53,601 bases of DNA from Bacteriovoracaceae bacterium (GTDB lineage Bacteria > Bdellovibrionota > Bacteriovoracia > Bacteriovoracales > Bacteriovoracaceae): positions 62,001-115,601 of the forward strand of contig JABIHA010000074.1 in assembly GCA_018649885.1 (NCBI GenBank), read 5' to 3'. Shown in pieces: positions 1 to 10,800 of this stretch (positions are counted from its first letter, which is position 1; every line of letters starts with the position of its first letter). Both the position numbers and the translations under genes were made by a program. A model generated the notes under the pieces. That model was not told the origin of the DNA, did no database searches, and saw only the letters and a list, made by a program, of their open reading frames with translations.

Positions 1-369
1 AGTTCAGGTATGCCACTTGCATCATTCAAGTCACAGTTCACCGAATACCTCGAATCAAGCGAAGTAAAATCCTACTTTGGAGATGACCCAATTGTCATTT
101 TTGGCAAATCACTCAATGCCATAGACCTACCCTTTCTAAATAGAGATTTAGGATGGGAGTTTATGAGAAAGTATTTTTCACATAGGACATGTGACCTTTC
201 TTGTATTGGATACGCCCTTGTGGATTTAGGAACATTGCCAATAGGTTGTGAGGGTGGATCATCGCTGATGAACTATTTTAATATGGGTGATGTGGCCCAC
301 ACGGCTTTAGAAGATGCTAAAAATACTGCCATAATGTATCTTAAGATTCTTGAGAAATTCAGTTGCTAG
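1..369 (+). CDS. DEDDh-family 3'-5' exonuclease (DnaQ/oligoribonuclease-like), 5'-truncated at window edge
   Basis: Frame is open from base 1. Contains ExoII-like NAIDLPFL and ExoIII-like HTALED motifs. Confidence 0.7.
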   Translation, partial: SSGMPLASFKSQFTEYLESSEVKSYFGDDPIVIFGKSLNAIDLPFLNRDLGWEFMRKYFSHRTCDLSCIGYALVDLGTLPIGCEGGSSLMNYFNMGDVAHTALEDAKNTAIMYLKILEKFSC

Positions 370-1075
370 CGGCCTTTTTCTTTTTAGAAAGTGCTGCCAC
401 TTTTCTCCCTTTCAAGTGAGAGTTCAGGTAAACATAAGGATTTTGTGCCTTTTGTCCTTTGCGTATTTCAAAATGAAGGTGAGGTCCTGTTGCCCTCCCT
501 GTCTGTCCTACTTGTGCTAAAACCTGTCCCTGGTGAACCCACTGCCCTTTTTTCACAAAGTTCTTTTTATTATGGGCATAAACTGTGTGCCAACCATTTT
601 CATGAGAAATGACAATCATTCTGCCATAACCTCTAACCCAGCCCTGATGGAGTACTCTGCCCTTTTTTACGGCCAAAATATGGGTGCCTGTTCTAGCGGC
701 TATATCAAGTCCATCGTGATGTCTTCCACCTCTTGGACCAAAACGTGAACTAATATTCTTTGAGCTAGGGACAGGCCAGACTAGAGGCCCTAGATCACTA
801 GGAAGCGCTTCGCCTGAACTATAGTTTCTATTATCTATCTTTGCTAGAAGCCCACCAATGACTCCCCCATTTTCAGGTATAAATAAATAGTCACCAACAA
901 CCAGGGTTCTATTTTGATTTAAATTTAATAGCTGAGTGGCCCCGATATGAAATCTTTTGGCCAAATGGTCATAACTGTCTCCCGACTTCACTTGATAATA
1001 GTGCCCAGATCTAAGGTGAGCGCAAGAACACAACAAAATTGTGAAAAAAACGAGAGGAAGTATTTTATTTACCAT
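359..1075 (-). CDS. nlpD: LysM + M23 peptidase lipoprotein (NlpD-like)
   Basis: Lipobox LCSC; LysM domain (YYQVKSGDS...); M23 motifs HDGLD, YAH and GPHLHFEIR. Lies directly after surE. Start moved to the ATG at 1075. Confidence 0.85.
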   Translation of the reverse strand: MVNKILPLVFFTILLCSCAHLRSGHYYQVKSGDSYDHLAKRFHIGATQLLNLNQNRTLVVGDYLFIPENGGVIGGLLAKIDNRNYSSGEALPSDLGPLVWPVPSSKNISSRFGPRGGRHHDGLDIAARTGTHILAVKKGRVLHQGWVRGYGRMIVISHENGWHTVYAHNKKNFVKKGQWVHQGQVLAQVGQTGRATGPHLHFEIRKGQKAQNPYVYLNSHLKGRKVAALSKKKKAASN

Positions 1076-1080
1076 TAACT

Positions 1081-1851
1081 TCAATCCCAGCTCCATAGTT
1101 CAATCATTTCATCGTAAATATCGCGGTGACCTTCTTCTCGGTTCATCACATCCAAACATGATAGTGAAACAAAATTCTCAGATACTGCTTCACAGTCAGA
1201 ACCCTCTATAATTTCATCTCCTCGATAATTGCCACCAATAAAATAATAAATATTTCCCTTGTCACATATTCGTTTTTTTAATTCGGGTATATATATTCTT
1301 TTACCTACTTCTGTAAGTTTCGCCCCAGACAACTTTTCAATTGGTAAATTAGGTACGTTTATATTTGCAAGTGTGTGATGTGCAATTTTTCTCGAACATC
1401 CAGATTCAATAAATGCTTTTATAAGTTTAGCTGCAGACAAAAAGTGTTTTTGATCTTCATCTGAATAATTTAAGGCCAAGCTGACGGCCACAGATGGAAT
1501 TCCATGAAGGGCAGCTTCTCTTGCAGCTGCAACAGTTCCCGAGTAGTAACGATCCTGACCCAGGTTAGCACCATTATTAATTCCTGATACTACTAGATCA
1601 GGAAATGAATCTTTGTAAAAAGCTTCAAGGGCAAGAAGTGTACAATCTGCGGGGTAGCCGTTCACTGCGTACCTATTTTCACCACACTCTTCTAACAGCA
1701 ATTCTTTTAGCAGTGAAATCCCGTGCCCTGTACTAGACATCTCATACCTGGGGGCCACGGTTATGATATCTCCAACAGAAGACAACTCGTCTTCTAAGGC
1801 CTTTATCCCAGGGGCATTAATTCCATCATCGTTGGTAATTAATATCCTCAT
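1081..1851 (-). CDS. surE: 5'/3'-nucleotidase SurE
   Basis: Motifs MRILITNDDG, GYPADC, VVSGINNGANLG and YSGTVAAA. Confidence 0.97.
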   Translation of the reverse strand: MRILITNDDGINAPGIKALEDELSSVGDIITVAPRYEMSSTGHGISLLKELLLEECGENRYAVNGYPADCTLLALEAFYKDSFPDLVVSGINNGANLGQDRYYSGTVAAAREAALHGIPSVAVSLALNYSDEDQKHFLSAAKLIKAFIESGCSRKIAHHTLANINVPNLPIEKLSGAKLTEVGKRIYIPELKKRICDKGNIYYFIGGNYRGDEIIEGSDCEAVSENFVSLSCLDVMNREEGHRDIYDEMIELWSWD

Positions 1852-1860
1852 GTGAAAACC

Positions 1861-2559
1861 TCAGCCTTGTTGTAAATTATTCAAATTGGATTTAAATAGA
1901 TGATACTGTTTTGTCATTCGAGTTAAGTCAACATTCCTGTAGCATTCTTCAACTTCGGGTCCAATTCCAAGAGAGATAATCCCTAGATCAAAGAATTCAA
2001 AGAGTGATGGGATGATGTGTGAGTCCCAGTTAATTTTGAGGATTAAGTCGAGTAAGTCAAACCTCTTGTGAGACTGTATCAGTTGATAGAGGACCTGTAC
2101 AAAACTATGAAGCCTTCCTTGAACGTGAAGGTACTCAAGAATTTTAATATCAAGAACAATACCCTTTAAATTATCAAGGCCCATTAACTCTTGCCAACTA
2201 TTGCCTTCGTCATAATGCCAAATAAAAGGAACTTTAAAAGTTTGGTAGTACTCTTTAGGCATGTCACCAGAAAACTCTAAGACAAAGTTATTAATTAATG
2301 TTTTTTCCCCAAACCTTTCGCTAATACTATCCAAAAAAGATTGAACAACAAAATCTTTTTCATTTTCAAATCTAAGATAATATTTTGAGTTGGAATTGAA
2401 GTATCTAAATATCAAATCTTGAAAAATATGGTTTTGAATAAAATTAAGGCTTAGTGGCCTAAAATCAAACCCAATATGGCGAGTACCAATTTCAGATAGA
2501 GCTCTCATTGTCCTATCGTCATACACTCCATCAATTTTCCAATCAACGCTGCTAGTCAT
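1861..2559 (-). CDS. Hypothetical protein with a divergent TrpF (PRAI)-like N-terminus
   Basis: WKIDGVYD...IGFDFRPLSLNFI resembles TrpF KICG...IGFVFxxxSPRYV. The rest is not recognisable. Confidence 0.45.
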   Translation of the reverse strand: MTSSVDWKIDGVYDDRTMRALSEIGTRHIGFDFRPLSLNFIQNHIFQDLIFRYFNSNSKYYLRFENEKDFVVQSFLDSISERFGEKTLINNFVLEFSGDMPKEYYQTFKVPFIWHYDEGNSWQELMGLDNLKGIVLDIKILEYLHVQGRLHSFVQVLYQLIQSHKRFDLLDLILKINWDSHIIPSLFEFFDLGIISLGIGPEVEECYRNVDLTRMTKQYHLFKSNLNNLQQG

Positions 2560-2563
2560 GAAA

Positions 2564-3169
2564 TCATTCTACACTGCGCGTTATGCTAGTGTTGAAAAAG
2601 ACGTTTGGGCAAGATGTTCCGATGGATTCTGGATGAAATTGATAAGATATACCCCTTTTAAACTTGGCCGCGACTACTTGACCTTGATCTATAACTTGCT
2701 CAATTCCAAGTTTGTTAACAAATGCCTTACTCCCAGATTTAACATAGAGTGAGTTGTAGCGTTGAACTTGAATATCTTGACCAATATACTTTTCTGAAAA
2801 AAACTCAGGCCACTTTGGGATATTAAAACTAACACTATGGCCATGTAGAGGCCTGGGATCAATTTCCACATCAAGTCCCATAACAGACATCAAAATTTGA
2901 TGCCCGAGACAGATCCCCATTTGAAAATGTTGCTCAGAGTTCAATAATTCAGAAATCACAGGACCAAGATCACAATACTCCCTAGGATGCCCTGGTCCCG
3001 GACCGTAGATAATAAAATATTTTTGGTCACTGGTGGCAATTTTTGACTTAAAAAACTCCACAAATTTTTTGTATGGAATGACTTCCACCTCTATACCTAC
3101 GCCTGCCAAGGTGCTGACAATATTCCAGGTAAAGGAGTCATCGAAATCAACCAGTATGTATTGATCCAT
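2564..3169 (-). CDS. Class I glutamine amidotransferase, PabA/TrpG family
   Basis: Motifs DFDDSFTWNI, GPGPGHP, GICLGHQ (catalytic Cys) and QFHPES. ATG overlaps the lptD stop (TGATG). Confidence 0.9.
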   Translation of the reverse strand: MDQYILVDFDDSFTWNIVSTLAGVGIEVEVIPYKKFVEFFKSKIATSDQKYFIIYGPGPGHPREYCDLGPVISELLNSEQHFQMGICLGHQILMSVMGLDVEIDPRPLHGHSVSFNIPKWPEFFSEKYIGQDIQVQRYNSLYVKSGSKAFVNKLGIEQVIDQGQVVAAKFKRGISYQFHPESIGTSCPNVFFNTSITRSVE

Positions 3170-5574
3170 CAATTTTCTCCCTCTTTTTGAAAAGAGTAGA
3201 ATCCTTGTCCATCAAAATTTATGAAGAAATTAAAGGCCAGCCTAGAATCTAGTTGTTCCTTATGATATTCCAAATCAAATTTCCAACACTTGTTATAGGG
3301 GGCATATGTAATTCCCGCCCACCACTCTTTGTGCAATCTTAAATAGAAATCATAGGTTTTAGCACCAGAAAGTGAGAGGGTATCTAGGAGCTGGATCTGT
3401 CCTGAAGCTTTGCCAATTCGTTTTTTATTCTTTTTTTGGTTAGCATAATCTAGCGATATGGCAAATGAGCCGATAAAAAATCCCTGCGATAAGCTAGAAG
3501 AAAATATATGCCTATTACTTTGATAAAAATAATAGTCATTGAATGTAAAGCTAGTTTTACCAAGGGTAAAGCCTGTATCCACATGGAGTCTCGTTATATC
3601 ATCTGAAAATTTCTCTGAATTAGTATTGAGCTCTAACCCTTGTGATATATTTAGGTGAGCAATTTCAGAATAATCAAAATTATCCCTAAGATGAAGTTGC
3701 TCAAACATAGGACCAATTTTTTTTGCACTCTTTTTTATGATTAAATTTTCCCATTTTAGCTCAAGAGAATTACGAGGAGAAATGGCAGTCAGTGTCTGTG
3801 TATCATCTAAATTATATTCGAGTGTCTGCACCTTATCATATTCGTCAAAGAGTCCTTCACCGGAGTCGAGGCTTTCCACTTGATTTCGAAAGGCCCCATT
3901 ACCTTGAGTTGAATTGAGTGCTGTGTAGTGATGAATCATCCTATAAGCTTGCGAGTGTCTATAACTATTTTTTTCAATTGTTATTACATCTTTAGAAAAC
4001 TGATTACTAAATGCAGGTAAATCACCAATGAGAAGTTCTTCATTTTGTTCTAATTTTTTTTTAGAAAGCTCTGGAGGATTTTTCAAATCACTGCTTGCAA
4101 TATTTTCTTTGTAGCTAAGTCCAAAAATTTTGTCTAATTCAAAAGAAATTTCACTTTCTTGAAAAATATAGTTTTTGTGAAATCTTCGTGCCGTTTCATA
4201 GGGAAATTCATAACTTTGATAGTCATACTTTGTTTCAGTTTTTAACTCAATTGGCCCCATATTGGCGATACCTAGCTTAAGATATGGAGTTGCCCTGAGC
4301 CTTCTAGCATTACGGATAATTTCACCCTCTTCTCTCTTTCTCGCCCTATCTTGCCTAAAGAGTGTCCAAGAGCTATCGAGTCCTCCCGTAAGATAATTAA
4401 AATAATCCCCACCAGACTTCCAAACTGTAAAAGGAATAAAACCCAATTTAATTGCAGGAAGAATTTGTACATAGTTGTGATCAAAATCAAGCGGGTTGGC
4501 AACAAGTGTATTTTTATTAAAATGACCTTCAACCGAGATATCAAAAATATTCTTTCTAAGGTCAAAGAAACTCCCCCCCCCTAGCTCACTTCCCATGACT
4601 CTATCACCTGTATAGGAGCTACTATCTCTCAAAATATCTAAATCTCTTGCGTCGCTATATCTAAGGTGATGAACGAAATCTCTTCCAAATTGGTAGTGCT
4701 CCTCTAAAACAGAAAAGTGCCTGAGATAGTGTTGTCCCGAAACTTCAAAAGAATCTCTTCCTGGAAGGTAAACCCGGTCATTATTGGTTTGGGATTCGAA
4801 ATTAACCCAACTTCTTCCTCCATATAGAGTTCGCAGCTCCCATTCAGAAAGAATCCCTCTTCTTTGCTTCATTCCTGGCGTGGCGGTAAGATCGGATGAG
4901 TTAGAAATGGCCCAAAACCAAGGTTGCTTAAAAGTAACCTCACCAGGCCTAAGTGACAGACTTGGAAATAACAAACCTGTTTCTCTAACCGATTTTATAG
5001 GTAGCATTAAAAATGGCAAATACATCATACTCACACCATTTATTTTCACGATGGCGTGTTTGACTGTTACGTAGCGACCTTCAGTAATATAGATGTCTTT
5101 CCCAAATACAGACCAAGACTCAGGACAATCTCGACAAGTTGTGTATTCGGTATCTTCTCCAATGATAATACCTTTTTTAGGACGTATGAGCTTACTGCCC
5201 ATTAAATTGTAAAGAGGAGATATTATGCGTGCATTAAAAACTTCAAGGTAACCTGTTCTTGCATTAAAGTGAAGTTTGGTTCCATAAAGAGTAATATCCT
5301 TACCAGTAAACCTCACATTCCCTGTGATCTCTAATTCTCCAGTCTCAGTATTTAGTGTTGCTGACTCTCCATAGAGGGCCTCATCCTGATGGAGGATGAC
5401 AACATTACCGATGGCCTCAAGAGATTTTTCACTAGATTTATAATATCCGTGATCTGATAAAACTTTTATTTCTTGGTTAAAGACAAATGTGTGTTCGTCC
5501 CGGGCCTGTAGATTTTTGATAGGCATGGTGATCAGTACACAAAGAATCAATATACTTTTTAATTTCTCCCACAA
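3169..5574 (-). CDS. lptD: LPS-assembly protein LptD
   Basis: OstA-like N-terminal region, YTTCxxC...W motif, RETGLLFP, and a beta-barrel-like C-terminus with CW. Likely TTG start at 5574 giving a signal peptide; the ORF-track start at 5712 overlaps folC too far. Confidence 0.85.
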   Translation of the reverse strand: MWEKLKSILILCVLITMPIKNLQARDEHTFVFNQEIKVLSDHGYYKSSEKSLEAIGNVVILHQDEALYGESATLNTETGELEITGNVRFTGKDITLYGTKLHFNARTGYLEVFNARIISPLYNLMGSKLIRPKKGIIIGEDTEYTTCRDCPESWSVFGKDIYITEGRYVTVKHAIVKINGVSMMYLPFLMLPIKSVRETGLLFPSLSLRPGEVTFKQPWFWAISNSSDLTATPGMKQRRGILSEWELRTLYGGRSWVNFESQTNNDRVYLPGRDSFEVSGQHYLRHFSVLEEHYQFGRDFVHHLRYSDARDLDILRDSSSYTGDRVMGSELGGGSFFDLRKNIFDISVEGHFNKNTLVANPLDFDHNYVQILPAIKLGFIPFTVWKSGGDYFNYLTGGLDSSWTLFRQDRARKREEGEIIRNARRLRATPYLKLGIANMGPIELKTETKYDYQSYEFPYETARRFHKNYIFQESEISFELDKIFGLSYKENIASSDLKNPPELSKKKLEQNEELLIGDLPAFSNQFSKDVITIEKNSYRHSQAYRMIHHYTALNSTQGNGAFRNQVESLDSGEGLFDEYDKVQTLEYNLDDTQTLTAISPRNSLELKWENLIIKKSAKKIGPMFEQLHLRDNFDYSEIAHLNISQGLELNTNSEKFSDDITRLHVDTGFTLGKTSFTFNDYYFYQSNRHIFSSSLSQGFFIGSFAISLDYANQKKNKKRIGKASGQIQLLDTLSLSGAKTYDFYLRLHKEWWAGITYAPYNKCWKFDLEYHKEQLDSRLAFNFFINFDGQGFYSFQKEGEN

Positions 5575-6760
5575 AAAAGTACGATCCGATAACCAGATAA
5601 TTTCTCTTGTTTTTATCTTGAATAGTTTCACTATAGTTGCTTGTAGCATTAAACGAAAATTTCTCTCCAAGTTTTTCAACTTCCAAGATGTTAAGCGACC
5701 TTGGATGATCAAATGAGCAAAGCTGGACTGGGTAATCCTCCCCCCAAAACATTTTTATGGCCTTTAGCATTTGTTCAATATCCTTTGAACCTCTACTAGA
5801 TAGTCCACAAAGAATGTGCAAAGGAGCGCATCGATTATATTGGGATAAAATCCAATTAAACCTTTGAAATATCTGCCTTAGCCCATCTAAATTATGTGTC
5901 CCTAAAAAGATAAACTCTTCACCGGAAAGTGTCATCCTTTCCCCACGACCATGCCCTAGAATCCCCTCCTCGACGCTATGAGAAGGAACATCCAATTTTT
6001 CCTGACCTAGCACCTTGAGCGCCAATTTACTGGCAAGCTGAAAATTGCGAAAAGAATAATTTTTTAATGAAAGAGTAGGATCATTTTCAATAATATCTTC
6101 AAAAGGTATCTCAAATTTTGTGCAATGATGAAGGCAAAGAGATCTCAGGTAATTCAACTGAAAGCTAGTCACTAACGGCACTCCAGGTCTTGTTATACCC
6201 AGTTTTTCAAACAAAATTTGATCATATCTATTTCCCAAAATTTCACAGTGATCCCGAGATATGCTAACTACCCCACAAAAGCTTGGGTCTATCATATTAA
6301 CAGTATCGAAGCGCCCACCCAGGCCTACTTCCAATATAAGGACTTCTACTTCCAGGGTCTGGCACCATTCAAGAAAGCAAAAAAATAAAAATTCGTAGTA
6401 GCTAAGTTTCAAATTTTGAGGAATTTTTTTAAGTGAAAGATCAATTATGGCCAAGAGCTCTTTTTCAGAAATTGGTTGGTCGCGGTAACTAAATCTCTCA
6501 CAAACACTTTTAATATGGGGAGAAGTCCAAATTGCACATTTTTTTCCATTTTGACTCAGTATTTTGGCCAACTGATGGCAGCTCTGGCCCTTACCGTTTG
6601 AGCCGGCCACTGTCACAACTTGAATAGAGCGATTGTTAATATCTTTATTGTAGGGGCCAAAAAATTCAGACAGATGTTTATAGCGCTCCCTTACACTCTC
6701 TTTTACAAAGGATTCACTACCAAAAAATTGGTCTAATTTTTTTTCGATTTGTCCTTGCAC
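5477..6760 (-). CDS. folC: Folylpolyglutamate synthase/dihydrofolate synthase
   Basis: P-loop VAGSNGKG, TSPH, EVGLGGRFD and DH..ILG motifs. Follows accD. Confidence 0.92.
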   Translation of the reverse strand: MQGQIEKKLDQFFGSESFVKESVRERYKHLSEFFGPYNKDINNRSIQVVTVAGSNGKGQSCHQLAKILSQNGKKCAIWTSPHIKSVCERFSYRDQPISEKELLAIIDLSLKKIPQNLKLSYYEFLFFCFLEWCQTLEVEVLILEVGLGGRFDTVNMIDPSFCGVVSISRDHCEILGNRYDQILFEKLGITRPGVPLVTSFQLNYLRSLCLHHCTKFEIPFEDIIENDPTLSLKNYSFRNFQLASKLALKVLGQEKLDVPSHSVEEGILGHGRGERMTLSGEEFIFLGTHNLDGLRQIFQRFNWILSQYNRCAPLHILCGLSSRGSKDIEQMLKAIKMFWGEDYPVQLCSFDHPRSLNILEVEKLGEKFSFNATSNYSETIQDKNKRNYLVIGSYFFVGEIKKYIDSLCTDHHAYQKSTGPGRTHICL

Positions 6761-6770
6761 TAAAAAATCC

Positions 6771-7631
6771 CTAGTGCTTAGTCACTGGTAAAAGTGTGTT
6801 GATAAAAAACGAGATCTCATCTTTAAGTTGTTTTCTGTGAACAATGCAGTCAATAAAGCCTCTTTCTAAAAGAAATTCTGATCTTTGAAAACCTTTAGGA
6901 AGACTCTGTCTGATACTTTGCTCAATAACTCGAGGTCCAGCAAAGCCAATTAAGGCCTTGGGCTCAGCGATGTTGATATCACCCAACATGGCAAAACTAG
7001 CTGCACACCCACCGGTAGTGGGATCAGTTAGTATTGAGATAAAGGGAAGGTTTGCCTCTCTCAGCCTTTGTCTGCTGGCCGAAGTTTTGGCCATTTGCAT
7101 AAGAGAAATTATCCCCTCTTGCATCCTGGCCCCTCCCGAACATGACACTACAATACAGGGAATTTTCTTTTCATAGGCCAAGTCCATGGCATAAGCAATT
7201 TTTTCACCAGTAACAACTCCCATGGAACCACCCATGAATGAAAAGTCCATGGCCGCGATAGAAACTTCTCTTTGTCCTATTTTGCCAATCCCCAAAAGAG
7301 TTCCGTCATGAAGACCAGTGCCATCTTTTGCTTTTTTTAATCTATTTTCATAGCTCTGCTTATCTTCAAATTTTAAGGGATCATTACTAATAAGCTTCTC
7401 GCCAATTTGCTTAAAACTGCCTTCATCCACCAGGTACTCCACTCTTTTCAAAGCGGTGATTCGAAAATGTTTGTCACAGTAAGGACAGACATTTCCATTT
7501 TCCTCAAGTTTTGTACACTGGAGAATCTCTCCACATTCAGGACATTTTTTCCAAAGTCCCTCAGGAGTATTTGAATTAGGTCTTTTTTTACTTTTGAGCT
7601 TTGGGCTTTTAATCGTGTCAAACCAACCCAT
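6771..7631 (-). CDS. accD: Acetyl-CoA carboxylase carboxyltransferase beta subunit
   Basis: Zinc finger CPEC...CPYC; GGSMG, SGGARMQEG and DPTTGG motifs. GAGG RBS before the ATG at 7631. Confidence 0.97.
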   Translation of the reverse strand: MGWFDTIKSPKLKSKKRPNSNTPEGLWKKCPECGEILQCTKLEENGNVCPYCDKHFRITALKRVEYLVDEGSFKQIGEKLISNDPLKFEDKQSYENRLKKAKDGTGLHDGTLLGIGKIGQREVSIAAMDFSFMGGSMGVVTGEKIAYAMDLAYEKKIPCIVVSCSGGARMQEGIISLMQMAKTSASRQRLREANLPFISILTDPTTGGCAASFAMLGDINIAEPKALIGFAGPRVIEQSIRQSLPKGFQRSEFLLERGFIDCIVHRKQLKDEISFFINTLLPVTKH

Positions 7632-7774
7632 GGTACGCCTCACTTTTTTTCTAATATTGCATTTTAGTAAACAAATTTACTCTGAAAAAACTCCACTGTC
7701 ATCAATGTGCCCACTCTTCGTGGCAGTGCTGCAATTGTTAAACAACTGATATAACTTAAACCTTAGTGTTTCCC

Positions 7775-7801
7775 TCAACTTATCTGTAAAATAACCGATA
7801 A
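7775..7801 (+). promoter_or_regulatory. Putative sigma28 (FliA) promoter for the large repeat protein
   Basis: TCAA-N15-ACCGATAA versus consensus TAAA-N15-GCCGATAA, ending 38 nt before the ATG at 7840. Confidence 0.55.
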
Positions 7802-7839
7802 GTCTGATGAATTGTGTGTGTTTTACTGCTCGGTGGTAT

Positions 7840-10800
7840 ATGAAATTGATATTGTTTGTATTGGCATTGACCTTTATGACAGGCCCACTGGCTTTGGGTG
7901 GGGATACCGGTTTCAATAAATTTGAATGCATCGAAGGTCTCTTCCGAGTTTATAGCTGGGACGACGATGATCCAATGAACACTGGCAATGAAGGTGCAAT
8001 TGAACCCATACGTGGCAACCCTCCAAAGACCAAAGGCAATATCCCCCTCACTCCTGGCCAACATGATTTACTTCAAAAATATTTTTACTTAAGGGCCGAC
8101 ATTGCCCTCCACAAATATGCTCGCGCCTTTTTAATGGTCAACCGGGACTTGGGAAGAATAGCAGGAAGCAGTGAAACCGCTGCAAGATTAAAAGTGGCGA
8201 TTGATGAAAGGGCAGAAAAAGATACGGTTGAAGGTTATGGCGAGATTTATGAATTTTACCAAATGATAATGGAAGATGATTCAGATACCTCTAGGTTTAG
8301 CGGTAAAGATTTAGAGTACTACCTCTCAATTGGAACTCAATTAAAATCACTTTTTCCCTCGGAAGATGAGGCCAAATATGCTCCAGGCGTTTACGATGCC
8401 AAAGCGATGGCCCTGCTAGCAGGTGCTAATCCCAAGGGCACATACTTTACTGAAGAATTTATAAAGGCCATCAGAGGCGCCTACTCTGGAAAGGATTTTG
8501 ATCTCAATAAACTTAGAGGAGAAAAAGAGATTCGTGAAAGAGAAGGTGATTTAGATAAACTCTCTGATGAAATCATTGCCACATTTTCATCTCGAAAAGA
8601 TTTTCATTGCATGAAATATAATATAAAAAATGATCCAAGCAGTGGATGGAAGTATGCTCCCAAAGACTTTGCTCAAGTCCATATGGAGGAATATGCTCAG
8701 TGCTTTGATTTGGATTCATTTGAAATTGGAGAGGGCATTTATCTCTCACAAAATATTTACTCTGCCATAGAGGCCATAAATAAAGAAGGTGGGATAATTG
8801 TTCATACAGTGGATGCTCCACAACTTCCCCCCATTTTAGCGGAGCCTCCTGATGTAGTACTCTTAGTGCCTCCTTTGCATGATGCGGGTACTCTATTAAC
8901 ATCAGACGGTGATGGTGGGTCTGGGCCACCACCAAACCCTTATAGTTTTGAAATCACACCACATGATAGTAATGATGAAATAAGAGTCGATGTTGTAATT
9001 AAAAAGGACGGAGAAGCTATTGATGTTAGCGGAGCCGACCCTAAAATTACTATCACTTGGAATCCGGTTGGAGGAGATCCTACGGCCTGCCCTGACAACT
9101 CATGTGTCATCGCCAAAGATGTGGAACCTTTTATAGCAAGTATCAATGTCACTGTGGGAGAAGATGAACTCCCGGCGCAAACAATACCGATCACAGAAAA
9201 AAGAAGACCTCTCGCCATTCCTGTGGGCGGGGGAAGTGGTACATCTCCATACACTTTTGAGTTGAATCCAGATGACCGTGACACAGAGGTCGAAATTACT
9301 ATTCTCACAAAAAATAATGATGTGCCCATGGACCCTAATAGTGATGATCCAAAAGTCGTCATCACATGGTCACCCATATCTGACCCTCCTGTAGTTCCTG
9401 CAGCAGAACCAACCGAGTGCACAGGCAGGTCTTGTGTTATTCCAAAAGGGGATGAACCATTTAGTGCCCAAATTTTTGTTACTGTTGGAGAGGATGAACT
9501 CCCTGCACAGACAATACCGATCACAGAAAAAAGAAGACCTCTCGCTATTCCTGTGGGCGGGGGAAGTGGTACATCTCCATACACTTTTGAGTTGATTCCA
9601 GATGACCGTGACACAGAGGTCGAAATTACTATTCTCACAAAAAATAATGATGTGCCCATGGACCCTAATAGTGATGATCCAAAAGTCGTCATCACATGGT
9701 CACTCATATCTGACCCTCCTGCAGTTCCTGCAGCAGAACCAATCGAGTGCCCAGGCAGATCTTGTATTATTCCAAAAGGGGATGAACCATTTAGTGCCGA
9801 AATTAGTGTCACTATTGGAGAAGATGTTTTGCCTCCACAAGTATTTGCAATTGATGTTGCTGGGCCTGAATCGGAATACAGCTTTGAGCTATCGAGTGAG
9901 AGTAAACCTGAAAAAGAGATTGTTACCGTAACAGTAAATAAAGGTGGCACTGAAATTCCTGTCGACGGAGCAGATCCAGCTGTCGTGATCAGCTGGGTAA
10001 AGGTTTCAAGTGGGCCTGACGATACTACTGATGATACAAGTAGCGCTGCTGTTGACGCCGACAGCACAACTGCTGACGTCGATAGCACAACTGCCGATGT
10101 CGACAGCACAACTGCTGATGTTGATAGCACAACTGCTGATGTCGACAGCTCAACTACTGATCCTACAGTGTGTCTTTTAGGTCAATGCGAAATAGAGAAA
10201 GGCCCGAGGGCATTTACAGTACGTATATTGGTGAAGGTTGGAGATGAAGAACTTGAGCCGCAAGAAATCGAAATTTCGAGAAAAAGGAACTCTTCAGGGT
10301 ATGAAATAGTCTTAGATGATGAAAGGAATGATGATGAGTCTGAGGTTAATATCAAAATATCAATCAAAAAAGATGGAGTAAGTGTTGATCTGTCTGAGAT
10401 TGAAGGTGGCCACATTGTTTGGGACTCTTCAGATGCAGCAGGAGTTGCTGCAAGAGCAAGCGAAGATGACGAAGAGAGTGAAGAAGGTAGTAGTGCCAGA
10501 AGCAGCCTTGATTTGAACATAGGCGCAGTCGAAGAAACTGATGATACTGATACATCAGGGACTTTCTCATTTTCTGCAGAAACACAAAATATCTCAGGCA
10601 ATACAGATGTAATCATCTCTCTCAAAAAAGATGGAGAAGAAATAGGGCCAGAAGATGCAGAACAGCCTGTCATAATCACTTGGAGTAAAGTGCCAAGCAT
10701 TGATACAGATGCCTTACCTGATGCTGACGCAGATGCAGTACCTGATGCTGACACAGATGCCGTACCTGATGCTGACACAGATGCCGTACCCGACGCTGAC

